Assembly (NCBI GenBank): GCA_013336275.1
Contig: JAAXUA010000005.1
Span: 13,863-77,862, forward strand
Direction of reading: 5' to 3'
DNA from: Candidatus Falkowbacteria bacterium
Lineage (GTDB): Bacteria > Patescibacteriota > Patescibacteriia > Patescibacteriales > GWE2-39-37
DNA length: 64,000 nt
Shown here: piece by piece, positions 9,054 to 15,896 of the stretch
Position numbering within the stretch: the stretch's first letter is position 1
How the letters are laid out: each line of letters starts with the position of its first letter
Notes under the pieces: model-generated
The model's input: only the letters and a program-made list of their open reading frames with translations
Told to the model about the DNA's origin: nothing
The model's database searches: none
Translations under genes and position numbers: made by a program

Positions 9054-9197
9054 ATGGAAAGGTTGGATAATGATCAGTTAAGGACGGTTATGGCCCTTAG
9101 TCTGGCTGGCGGCAATCGTTCTAAGGCTGCGCAAGCCGAAGCGATACTCATCATTCGTGAGCAAGATCAACAAGACCAGCAAGGAGGCGGCAAATGA
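9054..9197 (+). CDS. Small helical hypothetical protein (47 aa, MERLDNDQ...)
   Basis: GGAGGT RBS; ATGA overlap with the next ORF. Confidence 0.65.
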   Translation: MERLDNDQLRTVMALSLAGGNRSKAAQAEAILIIREQDQQDQQGGGK

Positions 9198-9433
9198 AAG
9201 GTCCCTATTTCGTAACAAACCCTGGATTGATGCCGCCGGTTGCGCACATCGCAGCGATGCCCGTTCCGGAAAAGATGTTCGAGAACTGGCGCAGCTGGTC
9301 GCCTGGAGACGGCGTCTGTCCGGCGTGCAACGGCACCCATATCGGAACCGAAGAAGTTATCAGCGGTGATTTGCGAGGCGAACGTCTCAGATGCAAGGAC
9401 TGCAACGCAGTCGGCGGAGCGAGCGTTTTCTGA
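9194..9433 (+). CDS. Small zinc-ribbon protein (CPAC...CKDC)
   Basis: AGGAGG RBS; two CxxC pairs; C-terminal half resembles that of 8815..9051. Confidence 0.75.
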   Translation: MKGPYFVTNPGLMPPVAHIAAMPVPEKMFENWRSWSPGDGVCPACNGTHIGTEEVISGDLRGERLRCKDCNAVGGASVF

Positions 9434-9446
9434 GCAAGCAACACAG

Positions 9447-9470
9447 GCGGGGCTGAACATTCAGCCCCGC
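9447..9470 (+). other. GC-rich hairpin without U tract between the zinc-ribbon trio and chorismate mutase
   Basis: GCGGGGCTGAA-CA-TTCAGCCCCGC perfect inverted repeat. Confidence 0.6.
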
Positions 9471-9540
9471 TCCAATTATCCAAAATAGATTTACATATGT
9501 TATGCTATTGCAGAGGGAGATTATTCGTGTATAAAATATT

Positions 9541-9795
9541 ATGAACAATGGACTGGAAGGCTGGCGCAAGGAAATCAACGAACTTGACCGCCAGCTGATC
9601 AGGACTCTGGAGGCACGCTTCCGGGTCGTTGAAAAGATCGCCGGCTACAAGCGGACCAATGGTTTACCGGTCCGCGACGAGAAGCGCGAGCAGGAACTGT
9701 TAGCCTTGCTGGCGGAAGACACCAGCCTAAGCCCGCAATTCTTAAGGGACTTGTACGCGGTCATCTTTGCTAACTCATATCTAATCGAACAATGA
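9541..9795 (+). CDS. Chorismate mutase (AroQ, type II)
   Basis: RKEINELDRQL..L..RF....KIA.YK...LPVRD.KRE AroQ signature. Confidence 0.92.
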   Translation: MNNGLEGWRKEINELDRQLIRTLEARFRVVEKIAGYKRTNGLPVRDEKREQELLALLAEDTSLSPQFLRDLYAVIFANSYLIEQ

Positions 9796-10385
9796 ATATG
9801 TCAAAAATCACTATCGGCGTTTCGGGAGGGGTCGGCAGCTTCTCCGAAGAAGCGGCTAACTACCATTGCCAGAAGGAAGGCATCAAGGATTACGAATTGA
9901 AGTATTTGGTGAGCGTCGAGAACGTCTTATCCGCCTTGGATAAGGGCGAAATCGATGAGGGGGTTTTTCCGATAGAGAATTCTAATGGCGGCATCGTCAT
10001 TGAGGCGGTGTATGCCATGGCCAAACACCAGTTCCAGATCAAGAAGATGTTCGAGATCGATATCAGGCACAATCTCTTGGCCCGCCGCGGCCTGAACCCT
10101 GGGGATATCGCGGCCATCGCCTCGCATCAGCAGGCGCTGAAGCAGTGCCGCATGTACCTCAAGCGCAAGTGGCCGGAAGTCGAGCTGGTCGAGTACAAGG
10201 ACACGGCCGAGGCGGCGCGCGACATCGCAGAAGGGCGGCTGCCAGCCACGACGGCAGTAATCGCCAACCGCGTCTGCGCCGAGCTGTATGATCTGGAAAT
10301 CCTGGAAGAAGGCATCCAGGACCTGAAATTCAATTTTACGACGTTTATCGTCGCCACGACTGCGGGCGAGCAGTCGGCTCTCTGA
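9792..10385 (+). CDS. pheA: Prephenate dehydratase (catalytic domain only, no ACT domain)
   Basis: GSFSEEAA, FPIENSNGG, SHQQALKQC and IQD...NFTTF (variant of TRF). Confidence 0.85.
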   Translation: MNMSKITIGVSGGVGSFSEEAANYHCQKEGIKDYELKYLVSVENVLSALDKGEIDEGVFPIENSNGGIVIEAVYAMAKHQFQIKKMFEIDIRHNLLARRGLNPGDIAAIASHQQALKQCRMYLKRKWPEVELVEYKDTAEAARDIAEGRLPATTAVIANRVCAELYDLEILEEGIQDLKFNFTTFIVATTAGEQSAL

Positions 10386-10463
10386 AGACCCCGCAAGGGG
10401 CGAAGAGAGCAGCAATAATCTATATTTTATAGACGAATCTGCGAACTTAATTATATAAAATAA

Positions 10464-11192
10464 ATGAAAAAAATAGCAATCATCGGCTTCGGGCGTTTCG
10501 GTGAGCTCTTAGCTGACATTTTGAAGAATCACGGACAAGTTCATATCATGAGCCAAAGCGGCCATTCCGGCGCCTTTCCGCTGATCGGCAAACAGCAGCT
10601 CGGGGAGATGGACTGGGTGATACCGGCCGTGCCGATCTCCGCACTGGAACAGACCTTGCAAGACATCGCTTCCGAGCTTAAGCCTGACGCCTTGGTGATG
10701 GACGTCTGCTCGGTCAAGGTGAAGCCGTGCGAATGGCTGTTCAAACATGTTCCGGCCGGAGTCGAGATTATCGGTTCACATCCCATGTTCGGGCCTGATA
10801 GCGCCAAGAACGGCCTCAAAGGTTTGCAAGTGGTCTTGTGCCCGTTGCGTGCCGCCGAGTCGACCGTCGAGGAGGTGCGTGAAGTGTTCAGAAAGCTGGA
10901 GTTGAAGATTATCGAAACGTCCGCCGACGAGCACGACCGCCAAGCTGCGAATTGTCTGGCCATGGTCCACTTTTTGGGCAGAGGCCTGGATGAGATGAAG
11001 TTGGAAAAGCAGGAGATAACCACCATGGGCTTCGAGCGCCTCTTGGCGGTCAACGAGACTGTCGCCAATGACACCTGGCAGCTGTTTTTGGACATGCAGT
11101 ATTATAATCCGTATGCTGCCGTCGCCCGCAAGGCGCTTGTGTCAGCGCTTGAAACTGTCGAGGCTCAAATTCTGGCGGACAAAAGGGAATAG
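10464..11192 (+). CDS. tyrA: Prephenate/arogenate dehydrogenase
   Basis: GFGRFG, DVCSVK, HPMFGP and EHD motifs. Confidence 0.92.
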   Translation: MKKIAIIGFGRFGELLADILKNHGQVHIMSQSGHSGAFPLIGKQQLGEMDWVIPAVPISALEQTLQDIASELKPDALVMDVCSVKVKPCEWLFKHVPAGVEIIGSHPMFGPDSAKNGLKGLQVVLCPLRAAESTVEEVREVFRKLELKIIETSADEHDRQAANCLAMVHFLGRGLDEMKLEKQEITTMGFERLLAVNETVANDTWQLFLDMQYYNPYAAVARKALVSALETVEAQILADKRE

Positions 11193-11200
11193 TGATTTTC

Positions 11201-11229
11201 TTGCAATTATTTTTAGGCTTTGCTAAAGT
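11201..11229 (+). promoter_or_regulatory. Promoter of the Met leader
   Basis: TTGCAA-17 nt-TAAAGT with extended TG; leader ATG 6 nt downstream. Confidence 0.65.
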
Positions 11230-11235
11230 AGCGCC

Positions 11236-11286
11236 ATGACAAAAACCTTACTGACAAATCCAGGCTTAATGATGATGCGCCCTTAG
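11236..11286 (+). CDS. Met-sensing attenuator leader peptide (16 aa) MTKTLLTNPGLMMMRP
   Basis: Three tandem ATG codons just before the stop, overlapping alternative hairpins and a terminator. Confidence 0.8.
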   Translation: MTKTLLTNPGLMMMRP

Positions 11287-11316
11287 GGCGCCGGTTTTTG
11301 CTTGCTTTCGCTTTTC

Positions 11317-11355
11317 AAACCGGGCCATTCTTCTGAAGAACGGTCCGGTTTTTTT
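11317..11355 (+). terminator. Attenuator terminator of the Met leader
   Basis: AACCGGGCC-A-TTCTT-CTG-AAGAA-C-GGTCCGGTT then U tract. Confidence 0.85.
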
Positions 11356-11386
11356 GTTCTAAATTTTTTTGAGGCACTTGTGAATG

Positions 11387-11458
11387 GCCAAGCTTTTGGA
11401 ACTCGATTTTTGCTTAGATGGGTACATATGCGCAAAAATCGAGTTCCAAAAGCTTGGC
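11387..11458. repeat. Perfect 27-bp inverted repeat with 18-nt spacer (REP/MITE-like)
   Basis: GCCAAGCTTTTGGAACTCGATTTTTGC (11387-11413) and its exact reverse complement (11432-11458). Confidence 0.9.
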
Positions 11459-11498
11459 TGGCGCAATAATATATTATTTATTTTTTAAAGAAAAAATT

Positions 11499-12287
11499 AT
11501 GAATCTGACAATCATTAACGACTGCCGTGACGACAATGCCAAAGTCCGGCAACTGGCCCGGGCCAAGAGCCTGATCGGCCACGAGGCCGCATTCATCGGA
11601 GTAGCTAACGACCTGGAGGCAGCAGGCTGTATCATCGACGTGCTTGATGCTTATGGCGAGGCGGGCGGTACGATCATTGCCAACGTCGCGCCGCGCAACG
11701 GCGGAGGCAAGCGCTGGCCCAACGGTACGCCGTTCGCTTACGCTCGCATCGGCAACAGCCTGGTCGTGGCCTCGATCAGCGGGCTGACTTGGTCACTCGT
11801 CCGCAAGCTCGGGTTGGCCCGATCGATCGAGGTGATGGATATCCCGACCGTGCTCAAGGAATTGGCCGAGGCAGGCGTCCTGGATTCTGATCTGATCGAA
11901 CCGATTACCAAGAGCCAGTTCAGAAGTTATGAGTTCTTGCCCCGCGTCGCGGCCTTCTTGCTTTCCGGCGGTGCAGTTCCGAGCGAAACCGTCTCTCTCG
12001 ACGAATTGGATCAGGCGGAACCGGCTGTCTGGTGGGCGGATAATTTCGGCAACTGCAAAACCAGTTTACTGGCGCAAGAGGTTTCGTTTAAGGCAGGGAG
12101 CAGCGTAAGTACTATCTGGGGAGAATTGCCAGGGTATGAACGGCTCAAGGACGTGCCTGACGGCGAGCCGGCCATCATCATCGGCAGCTCCGGTTTCGGG
12201 TCAGCGCGCTTTCTTGAATTGGTTGTCCAAGGCGCAAGCGCGGCCCAGCATTTCGGGGTAAAAAGCGGCCAGAGCATCCTCGCCTAA
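11499..12287 (+). CDS. DUF62-family SAM hydroxide adenosyltransferase (SAM hydrolase / halogenase superfamily)
   Basis: LTIINDC N-terminus, NVAPR, FRSYEFLPRVAA, DNFGNCKT, GSSG..FLELVVQGASAA; start reassigned to ATG 11499. Confidence 0.8.
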   Translation: MNLTIINDCRDDNAKVRQLARAKSLIGHEAAFIGVANDLEAAGCIIDVLDAYGEAGGTIIANVAPRNGGGKRWPNGTPFAYARIGNSLVVASISGLTWSLVRKLGLARSIEVMDIPTVLKELAEAGVLDSDLIEPITKSQFRSYEFLPRVAAFLLSGGAVPSETVSLDELDQAEPAVWWADNFGNCKTSLLAQEVSFKAGSSVSTIWGELPGYERLKDVPDGEPAIIIGSSGFGSARFLELVVQGASAAQHFGVKSGQSILA

Positions 12288-12320
12288 TCTTGATTTTTGG
12301 CGGCTTAATGCTACAATATA

Positions 12321-12593
12321 GGTGTAGGAAACAACGTTCTTACCAGAAAAGTTCCACCGAAGACTGATGCAAGTTTTGGATCAAACTATAAGACATTGGC
12401 AGGCCGTTTTAGTCCCGGGCTGAGGCTCGGTCTATAGGCCCACAAGGGTGAACTGGCGAGAGACGGATTGTTCAGAGGAATCCGAGTAATCCGTCACGAA
12501 CCAAATTTCGCTTCGAGCGGCTTGTCCGCACGGCGCGAAAACCTATTTCTCTCTTTAGCCAATTCTTGATCAGCCATTTGGTGGAACTTTTTT
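12321..12593 (+). ncRNA. Candidate ~250-270 nt structured non-coding RNA, family unassigned
   Basis: Own promoter (TTGATT..TGCTACAAT, 12290-12317); long closing helix 12347-12360/12578-12591; several internal hairpins; no ORF. Confidence 0.6.
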
Positions 12594-12606
12594 GCATATG
12601 AAGATT

Positions 12607-12677
12607 CGGGGTATCGTATAGTGGCAGTACGCGTGGCTGGGGGTCATGTAGCTGCGGTTCGATTCCGCATACCCCGA
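12607..12677 (+). tRNA. tRNA-Pro(GGG)
   Basis: Acceptor CGGGGTA/TACCCCG, anticodon loop CTGGGGG, GGTTCGATTCC T-arm; CCA not encoded. Confidence 0.93.
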
Positions 12678-12814
12678 CAGGGAAATGTAAAAAAAACGGG
12701 TTTAGGGCCTGTTTTTTTTGTTAATATTGACAAAAGCATTTAAAAGTGGTATGGTCATTTTTCCGCTGTAAAGCAGGCTCATTCTAAAAACCACCCACCA
12801 AAGGAGGGCGTATT

Positions 12815-14047
12815 ATGAGAGGAAATAGCATCAAGAGATTGGTAGATATGCAGGGAGTTATCGCGATGGTGTTGGCTGGCGGTCGCGGTGAAAGGCTGAT
12901 GCCTTTGACGGCCGAAAGAGCCAAACCGTCGGTCCCGATAGCTGGCAAGTATCGGATCATCGATTTCATCATGAACTCGCTGGTCAATTCCGGATTGAAC
13001 GAAATCAGAGTCCTGATCCAGTTTAAGTCCCAGCCTCTGTACCGCCACATCACCGCCCTGTATCCGTCGGCCCCGATCCACAACCGTTTTATCGAACCGG
13101 TGCCGGCTCAGATGCGGGTCGGCCAAGGATGGTATTCCGGTACCGCAGATGCCGTATATCAGAACAGCTACATGCTGGAAGATTTCGGTTTCGAAGTAGC
13201 GGCCATATTCTCGGGTGACCACATCTTTGTCGTCGACGTCAGCCAGATGTACGAGTATCACTGCCATAAAGAGGCAGACTTCACCATCGCGGCGATACCG
13301 ACCCCGGTCGAACAAGCGGCCGGACAACTGGGCGTCATTGTCGTCGACGAGCAGGACCGGATCATCGGCTTCGATGAGAAGCCGGCCGTGCCCAAAGAGA
13401 TTCCTGGCAAACCGGGCTGGTGTTACGCCTCGATGGGCAACTATCTGGCGAACATCCCCATCCTTACCGAACTGTTGAAGGAAGACGCTCAAAACGAGGA
13501 ATCAAGCCATGATTTCGGCAGAGATGTCATTCCGATGATGCTCGACCGTGGCCTGGCTGTCTATGCTTATGATTTCCACACCAACAAGATCGCCGGTCAG
13601 GAGGAGCCTTACTGGCGCGACCTCGGAACGATCGCTTCGTACCACGCTGCCAACATGGATGTCTGCAGCGTCGATCCGGTTTTCAACCTGTACAACAGGA
13701 TGTGGCCCTTGCGTTCGCCGGCCGATAACTCGCCGCCCCACAAAGGCGGACTGGGCTCCCGGCTCGACAACTACCTCATCAGCGGCGGCTGCATCGTCAA
13801 CAAGTCGGAAATCTACAGTTCCGTACTGAGCCCGTTCGTCCGCGTCGAAGCCTCTCAAGTCATGGAGAGCGTCATCTTCTCTAATGTGAACATCGGTCCG
13901 GGATCCAGGCTCAAACGCTGCATCGTCGACAAGAACGTGCGCATCCCTCCGGGAACGATGATCGGCTTCAGCGCCGAAGAAGACTCCGCACGCGGCCTGG
14001 CTGTCGTTGACGGCATTACGGTCGTTCCCAAGAGCTTCCAATTCTGA
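12815..14047 (+). CDS. glgC: Glucose-1-phosphate adenylyltransferase
   Basis: LAGGRGERLMPLT.ERAKPSVP, GTADAVYQN, FDEKP, ASMGNY, DFGRDVIP, YWRDLGT. Confidence 0.97.
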   Translation: MRGNSIKRLVDMQGVIAMVLAGGRGERLMPLTAERAKPSVPIAGKYRIIDFIMNSLVNSGLNEIRVLIQFKSQPLYRHITALYPSAPIHNRFIEPVPAQMRVGQGWYSGTADAVYQNSYMLEDFGFEVAAIFSGDHIFVVDVSQMYEYHCHKEADFTIAAIPTPVEQAAGQLGVIVVDEQDRIIGFDEKPAVPKEIPGKPGWCYASMGNYLANIPILTELLKEDAQNEESSHDFGRDVIPMMLDRGLAVYAYDFHTNKIAGQEEPYWRDLGTIASYHAANMDVCSVDPVFNLYNRMWPLRSPADNSPPHKGGLGSRLDNYLISGGCIVNKSEIYSSVLSPFVRVEASQVMESVIFSNVNIGPGSRLKRCIVDKNVRIPPGTMIGFSAEEDSARGLAVVDGITVVPKSFQF

Positions 14048-14068
14048 AATTAAATTTTCGCAACCCGA

Positions 14069-14100
14069 CGAGGGCACCTACGAGTGCCCTCATTTTTTTT
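14069..14100 (+). terminator. Intrinsic terminator after glgC
   Basis: GAGGGCAC-CTACGA-GTGCCCTC-A-T8. Confidence 0.8.
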
Positions 14101-14120
14101 GCCAAAACAAAACGCACGGG

Positions 14121-14285
14121 CTAGCCGTGCGCGAAGGCAGAGATGGCGAAATTAAAGATAGCGGTGAACGCTTGTTCGAGGAGCTTGAAGAAAAGAACAT
14201 GCTTGGCTCCTTGAAACATTACGAAACCGCCGAGCCCGACGAAGGCCATACACGAACACACTGGGAAAATCAACCGCTTATTCAT
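14121..14285 (-). CDS. Small hydrophobic protein (54 aa, MNKRLIFPVCSCMAFVGLGG...)
   Basis: Below the ORF-track cutoff; AAGGAGGT RBS; amphipathic/hydrophobic sequence. Confidence 0.55.
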   Translation of the reverse strand: MNKRLIFPVCSCMAFVGLGGFVMFQGAKHVLFFKLLEQAFTAIFNFAISAFAHG

Positions 14286-14317
14286 GGCTTGACCTCCTTG
14301 TCCGCTGCCTCGCAGCG

Positions 14318-14578
14318 TTAATCGTTAGCAGCCGGTTCTTTGTAGTATTGTTTCAAGGTTTCAATCAGTGCTTTCACCATGGTGATGTGCCTTTCTTCGT
14401 CGCTGGCGATATCGCGCAACAAGTCCTGGTCGTCCTGATCGGTCAAGAGTTCGGCGAGAAATTGGTAGGAATCGAGCGAGCGCTCTTCAGCAATCAAAGC
14501 CTGGTTCAGGTCAAACAAGGCGTCATCAAGATTCATATCGCAAGTGCGGGGTTTGAAGTCGGGTTGGTTAGACATCAT
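14318..14578 (-). CDS. Small ferritin-like (rubrerythrin half) protein
   Basis: EERSLDSY...IASDEERH di-iron-type motif. Confidence 0.75.
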   Translation of the reverse strand: MMSNQPDFKPRTCDMNLDDALFDLNQALIAEERSLDSYQFLAELLTDQDDQDLLRDIASDEERHITMVKALIETLKQYYKEPAAND

Positions 14579-14840
14579 ATTTTTTGATTAATCCTTGTAC
14601 GGCCTCTTTGTGCCGTATCGATTCCTGCTGGATCTGGGTCAGAGCCTGGCGGAAGCCGGGACGCTTGTCTTCGGGCAGGCAACCGTCGATGCCGACATCA
14701 AGCAAAGTCAGGTAGAGCCCGATCATCTGGGATTCCATGACCTCATCTTGGCGCAGGCCCTCGATTATTTCCTTTAAAGATTCTTGTTTCATATGTTTGT
14801 TTAGTATGTTCATTATATCATCGAATGTTTTTTTTGCCAA
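14568..14840 (-). CDS. Small ferritin-like protein (second of a pair; start uncertain)
   Basis: E..MIGLY...IQQESIRH ExxH motif; overlaps the next gene. Confidence 0.6.
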   Translation of the reverse strand: MAKKTFDDIMNILNKHMKQESLKEIIEGLRQDEVMESQMIGLYLTLLDVGIDGCLPEDKRPGFRQALTQIQQESIRHKEAVQGLIKKYDV

Positions 14841-14912
14841 TTACAGCTGAATCTTGAATAATCGGCAGGGCAGGGGTAGAATATAGGTATTAACCCAATA
14901 ACTTATAAGACT

Positions 14913-15254
14913 ATGCAAGAACTGAAAGATAAGATGATCAAGGAGCCGTTGGTCGGTTTCGTGCAATTCATCCGGGAGCAGGGAGTTGTCGGTCTGGCTA
15001 TCGGTTTCATTCTCGGCACCTCGATCAACAAGGTCGTGACCTCCTTGGTCAACGACATCATCCAGCCAGCAATCGGCTTGCTGTTCGGTTCGGGACAGGA
15101 ACTAGTCACGCTCAAGTTCAGGAATATAATGTATGGGCGATTCCTGGCCGGCTTGATCGATTTCGCTATCATCGCCGCCGTGGTCTACTTCGGCTTCAAG
15201 GGTATGAAGCTTGATCGCCTTGACCTCAAGAAGGAAGACCCGGCCAAGAAATAA
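14913..15254 (+). CDS. mscL: Large-conductance mechanosensitive channel
   Basis: VVGLAIGFILG...VTSLVNDIIQP...YGRFL..LIDFAII. Confidence 0.9.
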   Translation: MQELKDKMIKEPLVGFVQFIREQGVVGLAIGFILGTSINKVVTSLVNDIIQPAIGLLFGSGQELVTLKFRNIMYGRFLAGLIDFAIIAAVVYFGFKGMKLDRLDLKKEDPAKK

Positions 15255-15291
15255 AAAAAAGAGGGGCGCGGATGCGTCCCTCGGGGAAACC

Positions 15292-15642
15292 TTACTTCAG
15301 TAGAGAATTTACGGCCGCGATCAAGTCGTGCGGCCTGAACGGCTTGGCCAGGTAGAGGCCGGCTTGACACCTTTCCCGAGTTTCGGGGTTGCCGGACATG
15401 GCCAGGATCTTGGCCTTCGGTTCGATCATCAGGATCGAAGAGATGACGGCCGGACCATCGACATTGGGCATTTCCATGTCTACGACTACCAGGTTAATGA
15501 TGCTGCGGTGGCTGAGCCAGATGTCGGTGCCTTGCTTGCCTCCGGACGCGGTCAGGACATTGAACCCCTCCCGCTCCAGGATATCTTTGGCAATCTGCAC
15601 GATGGACGGCTCGTTGTCTATAATCAGTATCGTTACACTCAT
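15292..15642 (-). CDS. Single-domain response regulator (CheY-like receiver)
   Basis: ILIIDNE, VVVDMEMPNVDG, MSG, LAKPF; start at 15642 behind AGGAGG. Confidence 0.9.
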   Translation of the reverse strand: MSVTILIIDNEPSIVQIAKDILEREGFNVLTASGGKQGTDIWLSHRSIINLVVVDMEMPNVDGPAVISSILMIEPKAKILAMSGNPETRERCQAGLYLAKPFRPHDLIAAVNSLLK

Positions 15643-15896
15643 GTACATCCTCCTTGTTGTGGTTTCCTTTTTAAAATAGGCGTCCGAAGACGCACTTGAC
15701 AATGAGCTGAGTTGTCAGTATAGTTACATTTCTAATGATTTGTCAATACCTATGAAAGCCGGAACCAGAAGCAAGGTCGGGAACCGGAAAAGCAACCCTT
15801 CTTATCGCACGCCTTCGCGTTGGCGGGCTTTGCCGGCTATCGACAAGAAAACCCTAACAAACAAACCGGCCGTCGCGCCTTTTCATAAACAAGAAA

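Noticed and set aside
12347..12591. RNase P RNA, tmRNA, SRP RNA, raiA or c-di-AMP riboswitch identity for the structured region
   Set aside because: Only isolated words match (AAGGGTGAA, GGCGAGAG, AATCCGTCA). The universal P4 GAGGAAAGTCC, tRNA-like ends and SRP loop are absent, so it is left unassigned.
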